This document shows positions 1 through 7,941 of a stretch of DNA of 26,486 nt, piece by piece. This stretch comes from a virus (Duplodnaviria > Caudoviricetes): positions 1 through 26,486 of IMG/VR virus record IMGVR_UViG_3300006033_000100, one strand, 5' to 3'. Each line of letters starts with the position of its first letter. Positions within the stretch are counted from its first letter, which is position 1. The notes beneath the pieces are model-generated. The model was not told the origin of the DNA, searched no databases, and saw only the letters and a list, made by a program, of their open reading frames with translations. The position numbers were made by a program, and so were the translations under genes.

Positions 1-786
1 CACGCCGCCGTCGTTGTAGATATGGAGGAACTCGCCCGCTGCGATTGAGACGGAAGCGATGGCCGAAAACAGCCCGTTCACCGCCGCTGTGGATATTTCA
101 TAAAGTAGCACCGCCGTGCCATCGTCGTTCAGGTAGACATAGGCGCGCTGTCCGGAGACTACGCCGAAATACTCCTGATCGACCGTGCCTGCGATGCCAT
201 CGGTCGTGTTGGCATAGGCAACGCCCAAGGCGATTGCGTTCAGGATGTCGAGGATGAGGCCTGACTGAGCCGCAAACGCAGCGGCAGGAGCGGCAAAATC
301 GTCAACAGAAATAGGATCAGCATTGCCATCAGCATCAAAGAAAAGCGCCTTTTCAGCCCGCGCAGCGGCACCGGGAATCGAAAGCCCAGCCTCACCCAAA
401 GGAACAACAATGCCCCGGTCCACATCGCGCTTGAGCACTTGGTCGCGCAAAGCCGAGCGATCATTTGTGCTATTGACCGCCGCCGCCTTCCACGCCGAAC
501 CGTCGGCAAATTGCGTTTGCTGGACAAAAGCAACATCGAGATAGGGTAGAACCTGAACGCCAGAAGCGGGAGCCGTATCAAACACCACAGACCCGGCAGA
601 CGGCACCGAGCCTGAAAACGTCACCGTGTAATCATCGGTAGCCGCAACCGTGTCAGTGCCATCAGCAGCCCGAAGCAACACCGCCACATCATCACTCGAC
701 AGCGCCGAGAACGTGAACGGGAATGACGTGGTGGAGCCATTGGCAGTGTATGGCCCCGAATAAGCGTTAGTCGTGCTGACAGCCAT
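1..786 (-). CDS. Tail fibre/tailspike, N-terminal part (runs off the left edge; absent from the ORF track)
   Basis: Hand translation from ATG 786 is open for 262 codons: MAVSTTNAYSGPYTANGSTTSFPFTF...DYTVT...GSVVFDTAPASG...NDRSALRDQVLKRDVDR. This resembles the T7 gp17-type tail-attachment N-terminus. It lies right after the large ejection gene and behind a promoter-like motif. Confidence 0.85.
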   Translation of the reverse strand, partial: MAVSTTNAYSGPYTANGSTTSFPFTFSALSSDDVAVLLRAADGTDTVAATDDYTVTFSGSVPSAGSVVFDTAPASGVQVLPYLDVAFVQQTQFADGSAWKAAAVNSTNDRSALRDQVLKRDVDRGIVVPLGEAGLSIPGAAARAEKALFFDADGNADPISVDDFAAPAAAFAAQSGLILDILNAIALGVAYANTTDGIAGTVDQEYFGVVSGQRAYVYLNDDGTAVLLYEISTAAVNGLFSAIASVSIAAGEFLHIYNDGGV

Positions 787-812
787 GATTGCCCCACATA
801 AGGTTTCTGCGG

Positions 813-844
813 GTTTACGGTTCAGGCGGGGGGGGTTGAATCGC
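813..844 (-). promoter_or_regulatory. Putative late promoter, copy upstream of the tail fibre (GCGATTCAA-N16-CGTAAAC)
   Basis: One of four copies with identical spacing; intergenic; the spacer contains a C8 run. Confidence 0.65.
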
Positions 845-847
845 CCG

Positions 848-3800
848 CTAGTCTTTCAGCTTTCCTGTAGACAGGCCTTCCAGCCAATCACTGAAGCCTT
901 GCGGATCAACGTCACCATTCCCGACGTCTACAAGGAACTGCGTTGACGCCGCCAACTGCCCCGGCACCAGACCCGTGGCATAGCCCGTCAATTCCAGAAC
1001 ATCGCGCGTGGCCTGTTTGGTTTCTTCGCCCTCTACCATCTTGCCAACATCGCGCCCGACCTTAACCACGCTGTCCATTGCGCGCTGCAACGGCGACAGG
1101 GAAGGATTGAAAACCTTGTTTCCGGCCACGGCATTCCACGTCGGCTCGAAAAGATCACGCACCACAGGGATAGGGCCGAGAGCATTGGCCAGCAGTTTGC
1201 GCATCGTCCATTGTGCCCACCATTCCTCATCGTCTGGACCACCCTTTGCACCCACCGCAGTGCGCAGGACTTCGACAAGCATCGGAGGCAGGACGAGCAG
1301 GAAGAATGCCCGCGCAGCCAGTTGCGGCGCAGATCGCGACCGGCGCACATCAGCCCCGCCAATGTCGCGAGCAAGCGTGCGTTCGCGCTGGTATTGCGCA
1401 GAGAAGTAGCTGTAGAACATCGTGAACAGTTTCAGGGCTTCACCCCACTTGCCCGTGCCGCGCTGAATTGCCGCCAAGTCTTTCGGCCCACCGGCCCCTT
1501 GCGATTTGCGGACAGCCTTGTCGCCTGCATAGCGCGCATCTTGCTCATCCATGCCAGAAACTAGGGCGCTTTCATAAGCCGCCATCCACGTAGGCACCGA
1601 CACGAGCCGATCCATGTAGCCAATGCCGTGGAACATGAAGCGCTTGGCATCCATGACTTCGCGGGCAACCTTGGAAACAGGATTGACCGCAGACATGCGC
1701 GCAAGTTCCGTGCGGATATCCCGGTCCAACGTATCCATGCGATTGCGCACTTCATCGCTGTTTTCCATGACGAAGCGGGTTGTCTCGATAGGCGAAGTGG
1801 TGAACCGCGCTATCGCCTTTGCCATCGGCCCCGCGCCAACCACTTCCACCGAGTTGGAATAGCCTGCAATCTGCGTCACCATAGTGGTAGCGCGCAGACC
1901 CATGCCGACAACCGTAGCATTCGCGCGCAACTGTCCGATGAACTTGCCGAAGCCTTCATTCCCCGCCCGCTCCATCGCCCAGGAGTTTGCCACGAACTTC
2001 AGCCACGGACGGAACTGCTTGCGGATTTCAGGCCCAAGCGCTTCGTCTACCGCGCGCATGACCCGTTCACTGGTCAGAAGCCGGTTCGCACGGATCACAG
2101 CTTCGCGGTGCGTGATATCGTGAATGACTTCGCCCAAGTGCCGGTTGATAATCCCGAGGTCCAGCAGGATAGGACGCTTGACCGCCTCAGCACGTTCCTT
2201 AGTTGACGACGCCCGCGTAGTGGCGCGGGTATAGCCACCCTCAAACAGGTCGCTTTCTTTGCCCCGATTTTCCTCAGCCTTGTAATCGCGCGTGCTGTCA
2301 TAGACGGCAGGGTAATAGCCGCCGCGCAACGTGCCGAAAGGCGTGACGACTTCGCGCGCTTCCACCTTGTCAGGAGCCACGCCGTTCACTTCGCGCTCAA
2401 TGCGGGCAATCTCAGGCCACAGCGTATCGATGGTATCCCACACACCCTGCACAAACTGCCATTCCTCAGCCGTCAGCGTAGCATTCAGGTATTCCACCAG
2501 CGCGTCAGGATTGATCTGGTAGCCATCGGACAGACGCTGAAGGTTGCCTTCGTTCCCGACGTTCAGCGCCATCGCAATGACCTTGTGCCGGTTCATACGC
2601 ATCGGCATCCCGGTCAGAGGATCGACAAACGGCAATTCCAGCTTGTCCTGCCAACGTGCCGCGACCTCACCGGGGACCGCCTCGAACAAGGCTTTGATCC
2701 TGCTATAGTAGTCCTTGAGCATGTCCTGTTCACGGCCTTGCGCCTCAGCAATGGGCCGGAACACAATGCGGTTGAACACCCCATTCGGATCACCGCCATC
2801 AAGCCAGTCGAACACAGTTTCCATTTTGAGCAGCGAGGCATCGGCACCGATCACGCGCGACTTGAGTGCGTCCCACCAGCCCGGATCAGCCATGTCTTTC
2901 GGCGGAGGACCATCGATGTTGCCCGCGCCGTCTACCGCTTCACGAAATATCTCATCCCATTCGCGCTGTTCCGCACGATCCAGCAGGCCTTGCTTAAGCC
3001 GACCAAGGTGCATGATTTGCGCGACCGCTTCGTCCAGACCGAGCAGCGTTTCCACCGGCAGACGGGACCAGTTGGTTTTGGCTATGGTGGCCTCGAACGA
3101 CGGCGGGACTACGACTTCATAGCCTTCCGCTTCCCGAGCAGCAGACCACGCTTCCCAGCGCCCTTGCCGATCAATCGACTTTTGCGTCCGCTCTTTCAGA
3201 TCCACCGCTTCAAGCAGAGCGTGCGCCTGTTCAAGATAGTCCTGATCCACAGACTTCATTGTCGCACGCTTGGCAATCTTGCCCATGCGCTTCACCGCCG
3301 CCTGCACTTCGTCATAGGCTTCCTTGGCTTCAGCCAGCAGCGCAGACGACAGCATTTGCTGTTGCTTGAACCGCAGCGCCTCATCCATCTTGCCCGCCTG
3401 CATCGCCTTTTCAGCATCGCGCCCAGCCTTGGCCACGTTGCGCGCATGGCGCTGGATTGCCCCCGGAGAGGCTTCCAGACTGACAACACCAGAGCGAACC
3501 CGGTTGCGCGCCCACTGCCTTGCAATCTTGTAGGGCGTAGGACGCTGGCCAGTGCGGCGAGACAGCAGCCGAACCTCAGACGCCAGCAGTTCGCCCTGCA
3601 ACTCACCGTTGACCGCTGCAATGGCCTCTTGCTCGATTGACCCGTCGTTCAAGGGATCGTCGCCATACCGCCGCGTCATTTCCGCATCGGCAGCATTTTC
3701 GATTATCCTCGCACGCAAAGTCCGCTGATCACCTCCTTCCCGCGCTTGCCTGTGCTGGCGCTCAGCACCGATCAGGACTTCGATCATTTGTTGACCCGAA

Positions 3801-6800
3801 CCGAACCCGGCAAGTTCAGCAAGGCTATCGGGATTGATGCCACCTTCACGCCACAGAGGCGGGACGCGCTTGGGCAGCAGGCCGAGAACATCCAGCCCCA
3901 TACGATCCACAAGCCATTCCTGATCGATTGGCGTTGCTTGCATCAGGCGGATGGACCGGAGCAAAGGCTCATTGTCGAGACGTTCAGCCTCTTCGGCCAT
4001 GACGCCCCGCTTTTCATCGCGAAACTTCTTTGTCTCCCGGCGACGGATAGCGGCCATTGTCTTTGCCAGCAGTGAGGCATTGGCTTGATCACGCGCCGCT
4101 TGGGCCTGCGCAGTGTAGGCGTCGAACTCTTGGCCAGTCATGCCGACAGCCGCCGCGTCCTTGAACATCGGCTGCAACATCTGCATTTCTGCCATTGCCG
4201 CAATTTCTTCATCGCTGGCAAGCAGGCGGTCAAACACTTCGCGAATTTCCGGCGTGATAGGCGCGCGCAGAGCATCCACGGTTTTGTAGACGGACAGCAG
4301 CCAGCCACGGAAGGTTTCAAACAGGCGCGTCAGGGCAGAGGATGGCGACTTGCCTTCCATGAGATAGCGTTCACCGCCACGCGCCCACATTTCATGCGCT
4401 TCGACAGGGATAACGCCGTCGGTTATGGCATGACCGTTTGCCGCGAACCAATCTTGCGCGGCCTGCCAATCGGCCTTGACCTGTTCAGGCGCGTCAGGGT
4501 TTTCAGCATCGGCGCGCAGTTCTTCTAGCCATTGGTGGGGTAATTCGTGGAGGAGCGTGCTTAAATTTCGCGCTTGGAACAGTTCAATGCGGAAGGGCTG
4601 GTTTTGCTCCATGAGGATGCGACCGCGTGGGCCTTCGTTGAACTCCTGATACAATATCCGCGCATCAGCAGGGTCGAACGTCCCGCGATTGTTGATGGAT
4701 TTGATTTGCGTGGGGTCGAACGTGATTGTGTTCAGCCCGTCAGAGCCGCGAATAATAATGCCATCATACGCCTTTAACGGCGCGTACTTAGCTTGAGTGT
4801 GTCCCGCTGGGGCAAATTCAGCTTCAGCAAATGGATTATCATCCATAAGTGCCGCCAGCAGCGCCGCATCTTCAGCCTGTCTCTTGGCAGGATTATCCGC
4901 ATCAGCCGCACGGCGCGACTGCACAATCTCCCTGATAATCTCAAAACGGTTGTTGTCCGCATAGCGCCACGCTTCGTTTGCAGTTTCAACGACAAGCGGG
5001 TTTTCAATCTTCTGGTAAGTGGCGAGGACAACGCCGTCCTGCCCGTAATATTCCGCCTCCGATTGCCGATCAGAGAAATGGAACCCTATCGAGTCATCAA
5101 ACCGTGCATTGATCTTTTCTTTGTCGAAGGCTTCGAAATCAGCAGGCGTCCCATGATAGACCACCAGCGGACGCCCTTCCTCGTCCACCACCTTGCTATC
5201 ACCAAACCATGCCCAGAACGCCCGCAGACCCTCCTCAGAGCCAGCAAGCGGCATTCCCTCACTGTTGCGCGTAGGACGGGCCACACCGTCTATATCAATG
5301 CTCTCAGGCAACTGGTCATAGACGACGCCCGCCGAGCCTTCAGAACCCATCTGCGCAACCGCCGCACGGATTTCCTCATCGCTCATTTCTGAAGCGGTTA
5401 GTCCGCGTTCAGCCAGCATCGCCGCCAGATCATCGGCAGCGGCCCGCACGTTGTCGGTGACAGCCTCTTGCGAGTAGAGCGGCGATCCAGACAATTCCTG
5501 CCCGATGGCATCGATCAGCACGTTGTTGTCAATGCTCTCGCCGCCTTCACGGATAGCGTAGAGGTCAGGGAAGAACCCTTCACTGATAGCCGCATCCAGC
5601 AAGCGCTCGACAGAGTTGTCAGACGTAGCACCGCCCAGCATATTGCCTTGCGCCGCGTCGAAGTCCTTCAGCAGTTTGCGCTTTCCGACTTTGCCTTTGT
5701 GCCACTTGTCGCCGCCCATCGAAGCGATATCACCGCCGCGATCCTCAATCCCGCCGCGCGCCGCAATCCATTCCAGCAGCGACTTGCCGCGCTGAACCGT
5801 CGTAGGCTTACCCTTGCGCAGAGCATTGACCACCAAATCCAACTGATCAGCCTTGACGATTTCGCCCAGCGACGGCGGCAGAACCTGCGCCACTTTGGTT
5901 GTAAATTCCTTGCCGGTCAGTTCACGGCCCATCCGGCTTGCCCGCGTGGCTTCACGCTGCGCAATCAGTTCAGCTTGCATCGCCGCATTGGCAGGCGTGA
6001 AACCGGCATTCTGAAGCATCGCCGTGACACGCTCGATAATCTTGCCGCGCGCATCGCGTTCGCCTTGCTGTTCCCGGTCCCGCGTCATGGCTTGGTCGGT
6101 CAGTTCGGACATCACGTCATCAAGTTCAGCCTGGAGGCTTTCGGCTTCACGCGATGACATGCCACCCGGAGCCAATCGCATATCAGCCTTCACCGCAGCC
6201 CAAGCCGCAGTTCCCGGCAGTGTGCCGAGCGCAAAGGATGCAGGCAGGACGACATCACCGCCCACCGCGTCGGCCTCATCGATCTGCGCTTGATAGTCCG
6301 AGAACGGATCATCGAATTGGTCGTAGCTATCGGATTGCTGGTAGGCGCGGATTGCCTCAGCAGGCACGAACACTTGAGACACGCCGCTTTCGTTGGCGGT
6401 TTTTGCAATCAGTTCGGCATAGGCTTCAGGATCACGCTGGCGCAGTTTGCTTTCAGCCGCGGCACGTTCGATCTGGTCGAAGAAGGTTTCCGCTTCCTTG
6501 GCCTCATTGGCTTGAGTGACACGGCCCACAACCTTGCCACCAGCTTCCACCGTGGCGGATGCAGCCTTGACCACGGCAGTCTGCACCGACGTTCCCACAG
6601 CCGTCTGCACCAGCGTGGAGAGCGCAGCATCAGGACGTTCCGCCACGTAGGCAGAATAGGGCTTATCAGGGTTGAGCGTGGCCCATTCATTGAAGTCCTG
6701 TAGGACCGTGGCGACTTGCTCTTGCGGGATTTCAGAAGTCAACTGCACCATCAGCGCGCGGCCAAATGGTGTTTTTTTGGCGATGGCGTTCAGCAGTTCG

Positions 6801-7663
6801 GTCGCCGGAAGCTTTTCCGTGATGACTTCCACCCACGTCTGCCCAGCGCCATAGGTTGCCGAGCGGACAGGATCGAGGCCCTTTTGGCGCGCATCATAGA
6901 CGGCAGGCAAGCCGGTCTGCGTGCCCATCAGCGTCATGGTCATGGCAGGGCTTCGCGTTACCGCACCGGCCAAGACAGCGTAGAGCGACGAAGGCGTTTG
7001 CTCCAATCCTTGCAGGACGTTTTCTTCCAGCCACCCGCTATAGGCAGGACGGGCCGCTTTCGCCGCAGTGGCTTGAGCGGACACGCCAGAATTGAAGTAA
7101 GCCTTGCGTGCCGCTTGCCGGTCCTGAACCTGCCCGACAGTCTGCGTATTCGGTGACGCAATGGCAGAGAGCCAGTCATACGCCCCGCCGATGTAGTCAG
7201 CGCCGACGGCATTAATTTTCGCGCCGACTTCACCGAACCGGAAACCCGCAGACTTCGCAGTCCCCGGCAGTTTGTTCTTCGCCCAATCCCACGCCCCGCC
7301 GAGAATGCCCAACGCCTTGTGATCGTCCGAAGCCGCCACAACCCCACGCGGGTTTTCTTGCGCCCACAGTCGATAGACCGGGAACATATCCAGCAGCGCG
7401 CCCATCTTTTCGGCACGTTGAGCCTTTTCGATGTCGCCTAGACGATCCTCAATCAGCGCAGGCGGTTCGCCGGTCTGGCGCGCAGCGCGCGTGACCTTGG
7501 CAGTGGTGTCAGGATCAGGAGCCTGAATGATGGTGGAGCGCGCTTGCTCAGTCTGAAGAACGCCCATCGCGCGGGCGATAGGGTTGTCCACTTCGCTCTG
7601 TTGCGACGTGCGGCGCTTTTGCCGCTCCAAGTAGTCAAACGGGATGAGCGGTGCTTGAGCCAT
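848..7663 (-). CDS. Large polyvalent internal virion/ejection protein (T7 gp16 position) with an ADP-ribosyltransferase-like (ART-PolyVal-type) domain and an HExxH metallopeptidase-like motif
   Basis: 2271 aa, mostly helical Ala/Glu/Arg-rich. Motifs: WFGDSKVVDEEGRPLVVYHGT...GFHFS...YDGIII...FDPTQIKSINNRGTFDP and STLLHELPH...HEMWAR. Located between the gp15-like gene and the tail fibre. Confidence 0.85.
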   Translation of the reverse strand: MAQAPLIPFDYLERQKRRTSQQSEVDNPIARAMGVLQTEQARSTIIQAPDPDTTAKVTRAARQTGEPPALIEDRLGDIEKAQRAEKMGALLDMFPVYRLWAQENPRGVVAASDDHKALGILGGAWDWAKNKLPGTAKSAGFRFGEVGAKINAVGADYIGGAYDWLSAIASPNTQTVGQVQDRQAARKAYFNSGVSAQATAAKAARPAYSGWLEENVLQGLEQTPSSLYAVLAGAVTRSPAMTMTLMGTQTGLPAVYDARQKGLDPVRSATYGAGQTWVEVITEKLPATELLNAIAKKTPFGRALMVQLTSEIPQEQVATVLQDFNEWATLNPDKPYSAYVAERPDAALSTLVQTAVGTSVQTAVVKAASATVEAGGKVVGRVTQANEAKEAETFFDQIERAAAESKLRQRDPEAYAELIAKTANESGVSQVFVPAEAIRAYQQSDSYDQFDDPFSDYQAQIDEADAVGGDVVLPASFALGTLPGTAAWAAVKADMRLAPGGMSSREAESLQAELDDVMSELTDQAMTRDREQQGERDARGKIIERVTAMLQNAGFTPANAAMQAELIAQREATRASRMGRELTGKEFTTKVAQVLPPSLGEIVKADQLDLVVNALRKGKPTTVQRGKSLLEWIAARGGIEDRGGDIASMGGDKWHKGKVGKRKLLKDFDAAQGNMLGGATSDNSVERLLDAAISEGFFPDLYAIREGGESIDNNVLIDAIGQELSGSPLYSQEAVTDNVRAAADDLAAMLAERGLTASEMSDEEIRAAVAQMGSEGSAGVVYDQLPESIDIDGVARPTRNSEGMPLAGSEEGLRAFWAWFGDSKVVDEEGRPLVVYHGTPADFEAFDKEKINARFDDSIGFHFSDRQSEAEYYGQDGVVLATYQKIENPLVVETANEAWRYADNNRFEIIREIVQSRRAADADNPAKRQAEDAALLAALMDDNPFAEAEFAPAGHTQAKYAPLKAYDGIIIRGSDGLNTITFDPTQIKSINNRGTFDPADARILYQEFNEGPRGRILMEQNQPFRIELFQARNLSTLLHELPHQWLEELRADAENPDAPEQVKADWQAAQDWFAANGHAITDGVIPVEAHEMWARGGERYLMEGKSPSSALTRLFETFRGWLLSVYKTVDALRAPITPEIREVFDRLLASDEEIAAMAEMQMLQPMFKDAAAVGMTGQEFDAYTAQAQAARDQANASLLAKTMAAIRRRETKKFRDEKRGVMAEEAERLDNEPLLRSIRLMQATPIDQEWLVDRMGLDVLGLLPKRVPPLWREGGINPDSLAELAGFGSGQQMIEVLIGAERQHRQAREGGDQRTLRARIIENAADAEMTRRYGDDPLNDGSIEQEAIAAVNGELQGELLASEVRLLSRRTGQRPTPYKIARQWARNRVRSGVVSLEASPGAIQRHARNVAKAGRDAEKAMQAGKMDEALRFKQQQMLSSALLAEAKEAYDEVQAAVKRMGKIAKRATMKSVDQDYLEQAHALLEAVDLKERTQKSIDRQGRWEAWSAAREAEGYEVVVPPSFEATIAKTNWSRLPVETLLGLDEAVAQIMHLGRLKQGLLDRAEQREWDEIFREAVDGAGNIDGPPPKDMADPGWWDALKSRVIGADASLLKMETVFDWLDGGDPNGVFNRIVFRPIAEAQGREQDMLKDYYSRIKALFEAVPGEVAARWQDKLELPFVDPLTGMPMRMNRHKVIAMALNVGNEGNLQRLSDGYQINPDALVEYLNATLTAEEWQFVQGVWDTIDTLWPEIARIEREVNGVAPDKVEAREVVTPFGTLRGGYYPAVYDSTRDYKAEENRGKESDLFEGGYTRATTRASSTKERAEAVKRPILLDLGIINRHLGEVIHDITHREAVIRANRLLTSERVMRAVDEALGPEIRKQFRPWLKFVANSWAMERAGNEGFGKFIGQLRANATVVGMGLRATTMVTQIAGYSNSVEVVGAGPMAKAIARFTTSPIETTRFVMENSDEVRNRMDTLDRDIRTELARMSAVNPVSKVAREVMDAKRFMFHGIGYMDRLVSVPTWMAAYESALVSGMDEQDARYAGDKAVRKSQGAGGPKDLAAIQRGTGKWGEALKLFTMFYSYFSAQYQRERTLARDIGGADVRRSRSAPQLAARAFFLLVLPPMLVEVLRTAVGAKGGPDDEEWWAQWTMRKLLANALGPIPVVRDLFEPTWNAVAGNKVFNPSLSPLQRAMDSVVKVGRDVGKMVEGEETKQATRDVLELTGYATGLVPGQLAASTQFLVDVGNGDVDPQGFSDWLEGLSTGKLKD

Positions 7664-7670
7664 GCTCTAC

Positions 7671-7702
7671 GGCTATGGCGTGCAAGCCTTATCTTGAATC
7701 GC
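7671..7702 (-). promoter_or_regulatory. Putative late promoter, copy upstream of the 2271-aa gene (GCGATTCAA-N16-CATAGCC)
   Basis: Same bipartite motif and spacing, within the 41-nt intergenic gap 7664-7704. Confidence 0.6.
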
Positions 7703-7704
7703 CG

Positions 7705-7929
7705 TTAGGGGACGATGCAGTCATAACTGAAGGCATAGCCGCTGGAATCTCGCAATCGCGCGGCCTTGCCGAACTTTTTGCAGTGGTCATCTGCAATCGG
7801 CAAAGCCTGATTTGCATTCCACACATTGTTGACCGTGACGCCCACTTCATTGCCGGTCACATTGGCGCGGCCAGCGACGTCATATGCACAGCCACCCAGC
7901 AGGACGGCGAGGACGGGAATCATTCTCAT
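7705..7929 (-). CDS. Small lipoprotein (moron-like; possible superinfection-exclusion or receptor-blocking protein)
   Basis: Signal peptide II with lipobox: MRMIPVLAVLLGG-C14. Two further Cys in the mature part. Fills the gap between two ejection genes. Confidence 0.75.
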   Translation of the reverse strand: MRMIPVLAVLLGGCAYDVAGRANVTGNEVGVTVNNVWNANQALPIADDHCKKFGKAARLRDSSGYAFSYDCIVP

Positions 7930-7941
7930 CCCGCCCTAATA

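Noticed and set aside
240-581. 113-aa hydrophobic minus-strand ORF (holin-like at a glance)
   Set aside because: It is nested out of frame within the tail-fibre gene.
2585-3640. 351-aa plus-strand ORF, and similar ones at 9088-10065, 12707-13489, 17939-18748 and 23421-24383
   Set aside because: Antisense to well-supported genes, Arg/His-rich nonsense composition, no plausible start signals.
6772-6778. A7 run in the giant gene as a frameshift site
   Set aside because: The ORF is intact and no meaningful alternative-frame product or stimulatory structure is evident.
7693-7702. Reading the motif on the plus strand as an RpoH-type -35 (CTTGAA)
   Set aside because: No matching -10 lies downstream on the plus strand; the conserved second element is on the minus-strand side.
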